Assembly (NCBI GenBank): GCA_002305475.1
Contig: DBRB01000015.1
Location: forward strand, 72,987 to 136,986
Length of the DNA stretch: 64,000 nt
Reading direction: 5' to 3'
From: a candidate division WWE3 bacterium UBA1379
GTDB lineage: Bacteria > Patescibacteriota > WWE3 > UBA101185 > UBA10185
Shown: positions 20,044-30,160 of the stretch, piece after piece
Position numbering within the stretch: the first letter of the stretch is position 1
How the letters are laid out: each line of letters opens with the position of its first letter
Program-made: the position numbers and the translations under genes
The notes under the pieces: model-generated
The model's database searches: none
Seen by the model: the letters and a program-made list of their open reading frames with translations, nothing else
What the model was told of the DNA's origin: nothing

Positions 20044-20988
20044 ATGTCTGAGAAAAAGAAACTGGTTTCAATCGTATCACCAGCCTATAACGAAGATGTA
20101 AATATACCCCTGATGGTAGAAGAGGTGAAAAAAAGCCTTTTACCTTTAAGTGATAAATATGATTTTGAATATATCATTGTCAATGATGGAAGTTGGGACA
20201 ATAGCTGGGAAGTGATTTGTGAGGAGAATAAAAAAGATTCCAGGGTAAAAGGAATAAATTTTTCAAGAAATTTCGGACACCAGATGGCCTTGACAGCCGG
20301 TTTGGATCGGGCAAAGGGAGATGTTGTAATATATTGCGATTCTGATTTACAGCAACCGCCTTCATTATTTCCAAAGATGTTAAAACTTTGGGAAGATGGG
20401 GTGAAAGTTGTACATACAAGACGGACTTTTACTGACGGAGAAGGCACATCTAAGAAATTATTATCCAAATTATTTTATAAATTCATAAATCTTTTATCTG
20501 ATACGGAAATAAAAGAAGGTTTTGCCGATTTTAAACTACTTGATAAAGAAGTGCTGGAAAAAGTTAAAAGTATGCGTGAGCATAACCGTTTCTTACGCGG
20601 TATGGTTCCCTGGCTGGGTTTTAAGTCTGCAATCCTGGAATACAAAGCGGGAAAGCGTCTACATGGAACACCCTGGTACAACTTCAGTAGAAATCTCGAG
20701 TTTGCAAAAACAGGCATTATGTCTTTTTCCATAAAACCGTTAAAATATATAGGATATTTTGGTGTATTTTTAACCATAGGATCTATAGCAATATTATTTT
20801 TAGGAGCTGTAATCAGTTTTATAAAAGGGGCATTGTATTTCTCACCCACATTTTATCTGCTGGTATTTAATACACTTTTAAACGGATTGATGATGAGTGC
20901 ACTAGGTATTGTGGCATTGTATATCAGTTATATTTATCAGGAGGTTATAAACAGGCCGTTGTATTTGATTTCCGATGTTGTTGAATAG
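20044..20988 (+). CDS. GT2 polyprenyl-phosphate glycosyltransferase (ArnC/GtrB-like) with two C-terminal TM helices
   Basis: VSIVSPAYNE...YIIVNDGSWD...IYCDSDLQ, and a C-terminal hydrophobic pair. Confidence 0.75.
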   Translation: MSEKKKLVSIVSPAYNEDVNIPLMVEEVKKSLLPLSDKYDFEYIIVNDGSWDNSWEVICEENKKDSRVKGINFSRNFGHQMALTAGLDRAKGDVVIYCDSDLQQPPSLFPKMLKLWEDGVKVVHTRRTFTDGEGTSKKLLSKLFYKFINLLSDTEIKEGFADFKLLDKEVLEKVKSMREHNRFLRGMVPWLGFKSAILEYKAGKRLHGTPWYNFSRNLEFAKTGIMSFSIKPLKYIGYFGVFLTIGSIAILFLGAVISFIKGALYFSPTFYLLVFNTLLNGLMMSALGIVALYISYIYQEVINRPLYLISDVVE

Positions 20989-21025
20989 CACAGTCTTAAT
21001 CTACATAACCTCCTAAATACTTTAA

Positions 21026-22279
21026 ATGGAAAATATAAAAAAACGTAAAATTGCATTTATCAGTGCATTTGCTCGTAAAGGTCACGATAGCACTCAGTTT
21101 TCAGCTATCGGCAGCTATTCAAAAACTCTTTTAAACACATTAAATACACAAGATAGAGAAAATATCGAAGTATTGGCACAAATCGAACCGAATGAAACCG
21201 GCTATGAATATGATGGTTTGTTGGTGTCCAGAGTTTGGAGAAAAGATAACCTGTTATTCTTCCTGGAACTTCTTTTCTACGTCATGAGAAAAGGTTTCAA
21301 GGTTGTTCACATTCAACAGGAGGTTTATTGTTTTGCTCCCAAATACGCTCCCTATATTTCACCCTATTTATTAGTATTATTACAGTTGTTATTAAGACTT
21401 CTCGGTATCAAAGTTATTGTTACTATCCATGGTGTTGTACCTCTGGCCTATATAAACAAAGATTTTACTGAAAATAATAAAGTTGCTACTCCGCTGATAA
21501 TCACAAGACACGGTCTGAAAACACTATATTATGGGTTAGTTTCAACAGCAAATAAAGTCATAGTACACAACGAACTAATTAAGGGATATCTGATAAATGA
21601 CTATGGTGCCAATGTGAATAAAATTATTGTAATTCCCTTGCCTTTGTATACATATCCGGAAAATAAAAAGAATCCCGATATACTACAGAAATTGAAAGAT
21701 CAAAAGAAAAAAATTATTCTTTTTTTCGGTTATCTTGCTCCCTATAAAGGTCTTGATACATTTATTAAAGCATTCCAATCTTTTAATCTTAGTGAGAATA
21801 ATGCAGTTGCACTTATATCAGGAAGTATCCCAAAAAGATTAGTAAATGATCCTAAATATTTAAAATGGCTCGAAGATCTTAAGGAATTATCCAGTAAAAT
21901 ATCAAAGGATATTATCTGGGATCAGAGGTTTATTCCTGATAATGAGATTCAGAGTTATTTTATTAATGCTGATATTGTAGTTGTACCATACTCTGAGGGT
22001 ATTGCATCATCAGGACCGCTCGCTCACTCTGTTAACGCAAATAAACCTACACTGTTATCGGAAGTATTTAGGGATGTAGTGGATGATACTCTGATATTTG
22101 GGAACACATCTGAAGAATTGGGAAGCGCACTATCTAAGTTCTTTTTGGATAATAATTTCAAGGATACGCTATTAAATATGGTTAATCGTCAGAAAGAGTT
22201 ATGGTCTAGTAGAAATATCGGAAAACTGACTCACGGAGTGTATCGGGAACTATTTGTTAATGAAATAAAATATGATTGA
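21026..22279 (+). CDS. Glycosyltransferase, GT4/GT1-like
   Basis: C-terminal Rossmann region FFGYLAPYKGLD...VVVPYSEGIASSGPLAHSV. 417 aa. Confidence 0.5.
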   Translation: MENIKKRKIAFISAFARKGHDSTQFSAIGSYSKTLLNTLNTQDRENIEVLAQIEPNETGYEYDGLLVSRVWRKDNLLFFLELLFYVMRKGFKVVHIQQEVYCFAPKYAPYISPYLLVLLQLLLRLLGIKVIVTIHGVVPLAYINKDFTENNKVATPLIITRHGLKTLYYGLVSTANKVIVHNELIKGYLINDYGANVNKIIVIPLPLYTYPENKKNPDILQKLKDQKKKIILFFGYLAPYKGLDTFIKAFQSFNLSENNAVALISGSIPKRLVNDPKYLKWLEDLKELSSKISKDIIWDQRFIPDNEIQSYFINADIVVVPYSEGIASSGPLAHSVNANKPTLLSEVFRDVVDDTLIFGNTSEELGSALSKFFLDNNFKDTLLNMVNRQKELWSSRNIGKLTHGVYRELFVNEIKYD

Positions 22280-23192
22280 AAAATATCTTAATCCTAATTT
22301 AGTAAAAATACGTTTGTATGATCATAATCTCCCGGGATTTAGTATTGGATCTTTAGATAATTGGGACAACATAAAAAAGTCTGAGATATATTTATTGGAT
22401 ATTAACGTTGTCTTGGAAGAAATCACGATTCCCAAGTCTTTTGAATTCCGTAAAGGAAATTACATATACAAGGACTCAGTTTGGTACTATCAAAGAAAGA
22501 TTGGTCCTATTGAAGTAAATTATTCTTATTCCGAGATTTCAAAAGTATTTACATATTATCCGGGCTTTATAGGAAAAATTCCGTTTATTTATAACTCCTT
22601 TTACCCGTTAGGTTATGAAGTTTCCAACATCATCATTTATGAACTGTATAAATTTGGTTACATTGCAATAAGATCCTGTGCTTTTAGATTTAATAAAAAA
22701 AATTTTCTTCTGATTTCCCCGTCGTTTAACGGGAAAAGCATGCTGCTTGATTTTCTGGTAAATAAAGAAAATGCAGAATACATTGCGGAGGATTTGGTTT
22801 TTATTAGTAAAGATTGTCTGGTTGGTGTTCCCTGGGATAGTCATAACTATGGGAGAAATTCTGGAATAAATACAAAATCGAAAAAGGCCTTGGATAAGGT
22901 AGAAGATAAAATAGACTATCTAATATGGTTTAATGTTTCCGACCAAGAATTAGTTCAGAAAACGGATTTATCAATAAAAAATATTTACAGCTATCCTTTA
23001 TTGGAAAGTATTTCTTATTTTGGAAAGTCATTATCATCAGCGATGATGTATTTTCATAATGACTATGATGTTAATAATGTTATAGATATATTTACCGGGT
23101 TTTTATCGGATACTAAAATATTAAATCTTAGAACAAACGGATATAATACTGAAAGTATAATGAGTTTGCTTAGAGAATTATCCAATGAATAA
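22272..23192 (+). CDS. Hypothetical protein with an HprK-like kinase domain (degenerate P-loop)
   Basis: NFLLISPSFNGKSMLLDFLVNKENAEYIAEDLVFI aligns with the HPr kinase/phosphorylase core vLItGdSGiGKSetaLeLvkrG-rLVADDav-I. Confidence 0.35.
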   Translation: MIEKYLNPNLVKIRLYDHNLPGFSIGSLDNWDNIKKSEIYLLDINVVLEEITIPKSFEFRKGNYIYKDSVWYYQRKIGPIEVNYSYSEISKVFTYYPGFIGKIPFIYNSFYPLGYEVSNIIIYELYKFGYIAIRSCAFRFNKKNFLLISPSFNGKSMLLDFLVNKENAEYIAEDLVFISKDCLVGVPWDSHNYGRNSGINTKSKKALDKVEDKIDYLIWFNVSDQELVQKTDLSIKNIYSYPLLESISYFGKSLSSAMMYFHNDYDVNNVIDIFTGFLSDTKILNLRTNGYNTESIMSLLRELSNE

Positions 23193-23886
23193 TGAAGTTG
23201 CTCAGCACTGGAATAGTTTAGGAGAAAAATATTCAAGCTCCTGGAAAGGAGTGGGCAAGGAATGGATGAATAATCAGGAGAAGGATTTCATTATGAAAGG
23301 TATAGGTTATGCGGGTGATCCGGTAAATAAACAGGTACTAGATGTAGGAAGCGGAACGGGGCGAATACAGGAAATTATAAAAAGCTTTGGGTATTCCGAT
23401 ATTTTAGGGGTGGATATTTCCCAGGAAATGATTTCCTTTCTGAGTAAAAAGTTTTCCGACTCAACAGTATCATTTAAAAGAATTGATTCCATCAGAGAAG
23501 TAAGCGGAAATTATGATCTAATCACAGCAATCAGAGTATTAAAGTACAGCGATACATGGAAGGACGATCTGAAACATCTTATGACACTTCTTAAACCGGG
23601 TGGAATTTTTGTTTTTACCATGCCAAATGAAAATTCCGTTACCAGGTTTGCACCTTATCCTATTAAAAAATACAAAACAAATCTAAAAGAACTATACGGA
23701 ATTATCTCATCTGAAGGATTTGAGATCTTGGAAATATGCACCAAATTCAGACTGCCTGATTTTTTATATGAATTTAAATTTGAAACCATGCAGAAGCTAG
23801 TGATTTTAATTGAGAAAGTAATGAATAAAATATTGCCGGATGTTTTATTAGGTAAGATTTTTTATGTTACCGTGAAAAAACATTAG
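23185..23886 (+). CDS. Class I SAM-dependent methyltransferase
   Basis: VLDVGSGTGR (motif I), DLITAIRVL and LKPGGIFVF. Confidence 0.65.
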   Translation: MNNEVAQHWNSLGEKYSSSWKGVGKEWMNNQEKDFIMKGIGYAGDPVNKQVLDVGSGTGRIQEIIKSFGYSDILGVDISQEMISFLSKKFSDSTVSFKRIDSIREVSGNYDLITAIRVLKYSDTWKDDLKHLMTLLKPGGIFVFTMPNENSVTRFAPYPIKKYKTNLKELYGIISSEGFEILEICTKFRLPDFLYEFKFETMQKLVILIEKVMNKILPDVLLGKIFYVTVKKH

Positions 23887-24007
23887 AGGTGATTAGATTG
23901 GCTAACGAAATAGTGATATTTATATGTAGTTTTTGAGTCTTTTCGTGACTTAGTTAATTGAAATTAATGCAATAGTAAGAAATGCAAAATTCTAAAGAAT
24001 ATAAAAA

Positions 24008-25678
24008 ATGATAAAAGATTATTTATTTGGATATATTGAAGATAACGTATTTTTAGTAACAAAAAATGTAGTTTGGATTGACGGTCGTAATATTCGATAT
24101 GGTATGGCCGCAATTTATAGGATGCATCCCATATTTTCAGCCGTTTACTTTTTTCTATTAAAGCATCTACATCCTTTGGTTTTGTATAACTCACTGACAA
24201 TATTGACACTACTATTGGTAAGCTTTTTGTCATTTACGATATTTAGACGTTACTTTGGAAAGTATATATCGCTATTACTTTCCGCAGCTTTTGTTATGTC
24301 TCCATATTTTTACTACCATTCGAGAAATCATTTGGAGTTGATACAGCTATGGATATTTCTCATACCTTTATTAATTTTATTGAAGGCATCAACTAGTATT
24401 CACTATGTAATATTAGGGTGTATTTTGGGTATTGGGACATTAATAAATAGTTATTTAGGTTTTTTTACCATAATTTTTATAGTAATATTCTTGCTTAGTA
24501 AATTTCTTTCTTTAGAAACAAAAAAAAGTTTTATTTTGAATTTTGTAAAATCTCTGTTTTTAGTTTTTATACCCTTTTTATTAGTAGTTACAATATTTGC
24601 TTATCCTGTATTAAAGGCTAATTTCATCAATAGGCTTTCGTTAGTGGATTCCTCAGAAATTGATTCCACTTTGATAGTGGAAAGAAATTTAGAAAACTTT
24701 TTTTACTTTACAACACGACCTTGGTACTATGTTCTTCCTTCTGTTGATAACCCATTTTTTGGAGGAGTTACACAAAAAGTATTGGATTGGATGGAACATG
24801 ATTGGGGATATTTTCTTACACTTAACTATTTCAAAAGTGAGCATTCTGTTTCATTCATGGGTTGGGCGGGTATCTTATTATCCTTATTAGGCATAGGGTA
24901 CATAAAAAAGCATCCAGATTTAAAAAATCGTAAAGAAATAATCATGTTATGTATTCCAGCATTATTTTTTGTATTAATTTCGTTACCTCCATATTTTACT
25001 GTTTCTGGTTTGAAGATTTATACGCCAAGCTATTTAATGTGGTTGCTTTTTCCTATGTTTAGAGTGTTATCCAGAACAGGCATTTTTATATTATTTTCTT
25101 TATTGATCCTTAGAGGTTTTGGCTTTATCGCCATTATTGAGTTTTTGAAAGAAAAATTTGTATCTGTAAAGAATAAAAACATGGGTAATGTAGTTGTCAT
25201 AGTTGTACTAGTGTTGTTAACACTATTTAACTTAGCTGAATTCTATATTCCATTTAGATTTACAGATTTACATACTACTCCCAAAGTATATACATATATC
25301 AAAGAACATCTTCCTAAGGATTCAATTATTGCACTCTATCCATATTCAAAAACAAGTGATGCTGTATATTGGTTTCAATATTTAGATCCAATTTTAATTA
25401 ATCCACTCTATAAAAAGAGAGGTGATTTTAACTCGGCAATATTTACTAAAGAGTTGCCAACTTCGGCTGGAATACAAAAAGCAAAAGAGTATGGCGTGGA
25501 TTATGTTGTCTATTATTATAACGAGGACGCAAATGAAATAGATTTTTTCAATAATAGCCCTTTGTTAACTTTGATTTCTGATATTAATGAAGAAGCTAAT
25601 ACAAACAAAAAGACTTTGTTTTATTCAATAGAAGGCGTTGATGAGACAGATAGCGCATTCATATACAGAATAAATTAA
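24008..25678 (+). CDS. Large polytopic membrane protein with C-terminal soluble domain (GT-C-like architecture)
   Basis: 556 aa with about 11 TM helices and a hydrophilic C-terminal domain of about 150 aa. Confidence 0.4.
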   Translation: MIKDYLFGYIEDNVFLVTKNVVWIDGRNIRYGMAAIYRMHPIFSAVYFFLLKHLHPLVLYNSLTILTLLLVSFLSFTIFRRYFGKYISLLLSAAFVMSPYFYYHSRNHLELIQLWIFLIPLLILLKASTSIHYVILGCILGIGTLINSYLGFFTIIFIVIFLLSKFLSLETKKSFILNFVKSLFLVFIPFLLVVTIFAYPVLKANFINRLSLVDSSEIDSTLIVERNLENFFYFTTRPWYYVLPSVDNPFFGGVTQKVLDWMEHDWGYFLTLNYFKSEHSVSFMGWAGILLSLLGIGYIKKHPDLKNRKEIIMLCIPALFFVLISLPPYFTVSGLKIYTPSYLMWLLFPMFRVLSRTGIFILFSLLILRGFGFIAIIEFLKEKFVSVKNKNMGNVVVIVVLVLLTLFNLAEFYIPFRFTDLHTTPKVYTYIKEHLPKDSIIALYPYSKTSDAVYWFQYLDPILINPLYKKRGDFNSAIFTKELPTSAGIQKAKEYGVDYVVYYYNEDANEIDFFNNSPLLTLISDINEEANTNKKTLFYSIEGVDETDSAFIYRIN

Positions 25679-25766
25679 CACAATTATACCTATTTCTCTC
25701 TGATCTATTCCTTATTATTAGGACTTTGTAGTACTATTAGCAGTTTTGGTAAGGTAAAATAACACT

Positions 25767-27209
25767 ATGAAATGGTTTGTGAAAATAGTCTTATTATCCT
25801 TGATGGTATTTTTCTTATCTTGGTTTGTGGTTTTTAAATTGGGGATTAACAAATTAAACTTACAGTCGGAGGACACTATTCCTGCTCTTTTTCTTCCTGT
25901 CACTGTTTTAAAAGAAGGAACTTTCTATATTGATTCATACTATGAAATGATTCGTGAAAAATACCCACATCCCGATGATCCGACAGGAGAACTTAAAATG
26001 ACTCCTTTTTATTTAAGAAGAGTAGTTTTTACTCAGTATAAAGATGATGAATTCGGAAATACTTATTTGGATGTGCAACCTCACTATATATCCGCATTTC
26101 CGGTTATCAGTGGTCTATTGGCTATTCCTGTCTATATTATTCCGATGTTAATTGATATGCCTATCACCTGGGAAAATCTCACTCTTCTAGGACATATTGC
26201 AGGGGCATTAATTATTGCTTTTTCAGGTGGATTTTTCTTTCTGCTTTTGAAAAAGCACTTTGATCTTGATGAAAGAAAATCACTTATTCTGACTATTGTT
26301 TATCTGTTTGGGACTATTAACTATGCTCTTATATCCCAGGCACTCTGGCAGCATGGAAGTATGCAGCTGTTTCTTATTCTTGGTCTGTATTTTCTATTTA
26401 ATGCAATAAATGAAAAAACGTCTGATACTTTATCTCAGTATTTCTGGGCAGGATTGATGTTTGGAATTTCCATTTTATCCCGTCCGACATCCGCGCTATC
26501 CTGGATATTTATATATGTCATTATCTACTTTGCCAATCAGCATTCTGTAAAAAATCTTATTAACAGATCTCTTTTTTACACCATGGGTTTGATTCCGGTC
26601 GCTGCATTCTTTATGTGGTATAACCAGACCTATTATTTATCCATTAATAATCAGGGTTATTCTGATCAGTTAGGAGACAGCTGGCTTGGTAGATTTCCCG
26701 AAGGTTTTTTGGGTGTCTGGTTTTCTCCCAGCAAAGGGATACTTATATATTCTCCGGTAATCGTATTTTCTCTGATCGGTCTGTACTTATTAATTAAAAA
26801 CAAACACTGGCAAAAATCTATCCACTTTATTGTTTTTGCTTTAATTGTTTTGATTCATACATTAGTGATAGGAAAGTGGAAGCATTGGTACGGTGGGTGG
26901 TCATTCGGATATCGGATGAGTGCGGATATTATTCCGTATTTAGTTCTTCTGATGATTCCGTATATCCGGTCTGATTTGTTTGAAAAAACAAAAAAGATAT
27001 TCTTTGGCTTATTGGTTTTTTCCATTCTGGTTCAGATATTCGGTATTATCTTTTTTGACGGTATCTGGCATGCAGCATATGATGGTGGATATGAGGATAC
27101 CGGATGGCTATGGTCTATCAAAAATAGTGAATTCCTCTTTAATATCAGAAGAATTTTAGTTAAACTAGGGTTAATGGAGCAAGCCTGTCCACGATGTCTT
27201 CCCGGATAA
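25767..27209 (+). CDS. Polytopic membrane protein (possible GT-C-like glycosyltransferase)
   Basis: 480 aa, multi-TM, with short loops rich in W/Y. Confidence 0.4.
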   Translation: MKWFVKIVLLSLMVFFLSWFVVFKLGINKLNLQSEDTIPALFLPVTVLKEGTFYIDSYYEMIREKYPHPDDPTGELKMTPFYLRRVVFTQYKDDEFGNTYLDVQPHYISAFPVISGLLAIPVYIIPMLIDMPITWENLTLLGHIAGALIIAFSGGFFFLLLKKHFDLDERKSLILTIVYLFGTINYALISQALWQHGSMQLFLILGLYFLFNAINEKTSDTLSQYFWAGLMFGISILSRPTSALSWIFIYVIIYFANQHSVKNLINRSLFYTMGLIPVAAFFMWYNQTYYLSINNQGYSDQLGDSWLGRFPEGFLGVWFSPSKGILIYSPVIVFSLIGLYLLIKNKHWQKSIHFIVFALIVLIHTLVIGKWKHWYGGWSFGYRMSADIIPYLVLLMIPYIRSDLFEKTKKIFFGLLVFSILVQIFGIIFFDGIWHAAYDGGYEDTGWLWSIKNSEFLFNIRRILVKLGLMEQACPRCLPG

Positions 27210-27212
27210 TAT

Positions 27213-28451
27213 ATGCAAAATCCTAATCAAAGATACAATATCATTTGTTTATCTAATCAGTTATGGGATTTTCCCAACTGGACCAATAAACGTCATGTGA
27301 TGACCAGACTAGCAAAAGCCGGCCATCACGTCCTGTTTGTTGATCCTCCTCTAAATACTGGTAATGTCTTTTTCCGACAGATAAAAAGAGGATTGTGGAA
27401 TATTCGAAGAATTCTGACTCAGACCCATCGGGATACTATAGGAGCATTAATTTATACACCCCTTAATGTCATTCCTTTTAGTGAAATCACATCTTCCTGG
27501 CATATTAAAAGAATTAATAAGCTGGGAAATAAAGAATTTGATAAAGGTTTAAAAACCATATTGTGGATTTATCATGTTCAGATCCCTTATCTTATTGAAT
27601 ACATCAGTAAGCTGGAATACGATATTCTTGTTTATGATTGCGTGGACAACTATGAGGGTTTCCCTTCCAGTAGTTCATTCTATTCAGCAACCGTTCCTAA
27701 AGAAAAAGTGATGGAACAGGAGAAGATGCTGTCAGAGAGAGCGGATATTGTGTTTGCTACGGCTCCGGGTTTGGTAGATAAGCTGAAAAATTACACAGAT
27801 AAGGTGTTTTTTACTCCCAATGTCGGAGACTATGAAAAATTCAAAGTAGTAAGAAGTGATTCCAGGGAGATAAAAGTTGAAGTGCCCGTAGAATTAGAAA
27901 ATATCAAACGACCGAGAGTCGGATTTACCGGAGCTTTGGATGAATATAAATTCGATTTGGAACTTTTCAAAAAATCTGCGATGGCACATCCCGATTACAG
28001 CTTCATTCTGATTGGTCAGATTGCCCTAAAGGATAAATCTACTGATCTTTCGGACCTTGGTTTGTCTGACCTACCCAACGTTTATTTTCTGGGTTATAAA
28101 CCCTATGAGACATTGGAAGGATATTATGAGGGGTTTGATGCGTTTATCATTCCTTATCAATTGAATGACTATACAGTAGGCGGTTGCTTTCCTGTAAAGT
28201 TTCATGATGCTCTAGCAGCTGGTCTACCTACGGTAGTTACCGATTTGCCGGCATACCGTCCTTTTGATAATATCTGTTATATTTCCAAAACTGATGACGA
28301 TTTTATTGCTAATATCACGAAATCTTTGGATGAAGACAATGGTGAGCGAACCAGATCCAGAAAGGAGGTTGCCAAACAGAATTCCTGGGAGGGTAAGGTT
28401 GAAACAATGCTGTCTTTATTGAGCAGCCAAGTATTATACAAAGATCAATAG
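27213..28451 (+). CDS. Glycosyltransferase, GT4/GT1-like
   Basis: C-terminal Rossmann nucleotide-sugar binding region (FLGYKPYETLEGYY...DAFIIPY...AAGLPTVVTD). Confidence 0.5.
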   Translation: MQNPNQRYNIICLSNQLWDFPNWTNKRHVMTRLAKAGHHVLFVDPPLNTGNVFFRQIKRGLWNIRRILTQTHRDTIGALIYTPLNVIPFSEITSSWHIKRINKLGNKEFDKGLKTILWIYHVQIPYLIEYISKLEYDILVYDCVDNYEGFPSSSSFYSATVPKEKVMEQEKMLSERADIVFATAPGLVDKLKNYTDKVFFTPNVGDYEKFKVVRSDSREIKVEVPVELENIKRPRVGFTGALDEYKFDLELFKKSAMAHPDYSFILIGQIALKDKSTDLSDLGLSDLPNVYFLGYKPYETLEGYYEGFDAFIIPYQLNDYTVGGCFPVKFHDALAAGLPTVVTDLPAYRPFDNICYISKTDDDFIANITKSLDEDNGERTRSRKEVAKQNSWEGKVETMLSLLSSQVLYKDQ

Positions 28452-28487
28452 TATTTGCCTGATGGGACTGAAATAGGAGAGGATAAG

Positions 28488-28790
28488 ATGACTTCTTCAA
28501 TATTTGCAACATGTGAAGGGTGCAGTTTGCATATTGAAATGATACCGTTCATCGCTTTTTGTGGTGAGTCTGTCAGAGTCGACCTTGTAAGAGATTTGTA
28601 TGTAGACGGATGGCCTACCACTGCGTCTCGAAGAAGTAGTTTTAGGGTTAATGTCGAAGACAATGAATTAAGGGCAAAGATAGCAGAATGGTTGAAGAGT
28701 GAAGTAATGCAATCACTTTCTCTTAAAGAAGAATGTTTAGAAGGTATTGTAAATAAAATTGTTGAAATGATTCGGAAGCCTCCTGGATAG
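28488..28790 (+). CDS. Hypothetical small protein (about 100 aa) with a CEGC...C motif
   Basis: A strong SD (GGAGAGG) sits 5 nt before the ATG at 28488. Composition is protein-like and locally GC-richer. No recognisable family. Confidence 0.3.
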   Translation: MTSSIFATCEGCSLHIEMIPFIAFCGESVRVDLVRDLYVDGWPTTASRRSSFRVNVEDNELRAKIAEWLKSEVMQSLSLKEECLEGIVNKIVEMIRKPPG

Positions 28791-28954
28791 AAAAAAGCGC
28801 AACAAAAGCGATAATTTTTCTTTATTTGTGCCGTTGATGCTTCGAAGTTCTCGAGCAAAAACGGCATATCATATTTTAAATACCAGCAAATGAATACTTT
28901 ATTGAAAATATGAAATTCGTGCAGATATTGTTCCTTCAAGCTATAATTTCCTAA

Positions 28955-30103
28955 ATGAAGATACTCTATATTCTAAATTCAGGTAATCCGGGTGGTATGG
29001 AACAGCATGTATTGGATTTGGTTCGGTATATGACTGATCATGGTCATAAAGTATATGTGTGGTGTAGGGAAGGTGTAGTGGCAGACTGGTATCGTCAGGC
29101 ACAAGCACAGGTAACAACCATATCCATAAATATTGAAATTGATCCTGTATATATTTATAAGCTGGTAAAGTTTCTCAGACAGGAAAAGATTGAAATTATC
29201 CATGCTCATGAATTAAAACCGGTAGTAAATAGTGTGATAGCAGGATTTATTTCCAGAGTTAAAGTTCGAATAACTCATACACATACTCCGATATCAACTT
29301 GGAAAATCGGTTCAGCAGCAAAGGTGATAAATACATTAGTGAACACATGGGTGGTAAACATTTTAGCAACAAAAGAGATTGCTCTTACAGAATCACGGAA
29401 GGAAATAAAGAAAAACGAGGGGATTAGAGAGGAAAAACTGGAAATAATTCCCAACGGGTTGGATACCCAAAACTTTGATATCTCTCCACAGCTGAAACAA
29501 TCCTACTCTTTTGAAATTAGAAATAAGCACCAGATTCCTAAGGATGCATTTATCTTTGGTCTGGTAAGCAGACTAACAGAAGAAAAAGGTCATGAAGTAT
29601 TGATTAAAGCATTTAAGAAATTACTGGAATATTCCTTATTAAATAAGGAGAATATTTATTTGATGTTGGTAGGGGGTGGAAGACTGGAAGAAAAATTGAA
29701 AGAATTAGCATCAGAATGTGGGTTATCAGAAAGAGTGATATTTACGGGAGTATTTAGGGAGGAAGACAAAGTTAAATATTATTCTGCCATTGATATTTTT
29801 GTCTTTCCCTCATTAACGGAAGGTTTCGGTTTGGTGCTGATAGAAGCTATGTATTCAAAACTACCGATCGTCTGTTCAAATCTGGAAGTGCTTCAGGAAG
29901 TGGGAGGTTCAACTGTGATGTATTTTGAGGTTGGCAATTCAGATGATTTAGCGGAAAAAATGATGAATCTTTATCAGAAAAAAGACCGACTGACAGAGCT
30001 GACTGAAAGTGCAAGAGCAAGGGTAGAACAACTGTATACTTATGAAAAATTCGGGGATAACTACGAAAATCTGTATTTTAATCTCTTAAACCCTCATGCA
30101 TAA
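28955..30103 (+). CDS. GT4-family glycosyltransferase
   Basis: N-terminal GNPGGMEQHV and C-terminal VFPSLTEGFGLVLIEAMYSKLPIVCSN. Confidence 0.8.
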   Translation: MKILYILNSGNPGGMEQHVLDLVRYMTDHGHKVYVWCREGVVADWYRQAQAQVTTISINIEIDPVYIYKLVKFLRQEKIEIIHAHELKPVVNSVIAGFISRVKVRITHTHTPISTWKIGSAAKVINTLVNTWVVNILATKEIALTESRKEIKKNEGIREEKLEIIPNGLDTQNFDISPQLKQSYSFEIRNKHQIPKDAFIFGLVSRLTEEKGHEVLIKAFKKLLEYSLLNKENIYLMLVGGGRLEEKLKELASECGLSERVIFTGVFREEDKVKYYSAIDIFVFPSLTEGFGLVLIEAMYSKLPIVCSNLEVLQEVGGSTVMYFEVGNSDDLAEKMMNLYQKKDRLTELTESARARVEQLYTYEKFGDNYENLYFNLLNPHA

Positions 30104-30106
30104 AAA

Positions 30107-30152
30107 AAGCTTTTGTCTTTAGCTTAACACCAGGACAAAAGCTTTAGGTTAA
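30107..30152. terminator. Bidirectional intrinsic terminator between convergent genes
   Basis: AAAAAGCTTTTGTC...(16-nt loop)...GACAAAAGCTTT, a perfect 12-bp inverted repeat flanked by A-run and T-run. Confidence 0.6.
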
Positions 30153-30160
30153 TTTATCTA

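Noticed and set aside
28455-28790. PilZ-like c-di-GMP binding assignment for the small ORF because of an RRSSFR (RxxxR) element
   Set aside because: The obligatory downstream D/NxSxxG motif is absent, and the RxxxR sits mid-protein rather than N-terminally.
28445-28939. 164-aa minus-strand ORF overlapping the 111-aa plus-strand ORF
   Set aside because: The translation is Ser/Leu/Phe-rich with a low-complexity, non-protein-like composition. The plus-strand ORF has a proper SD and a protein-like charged sequence. Treated as a shadow ORF.
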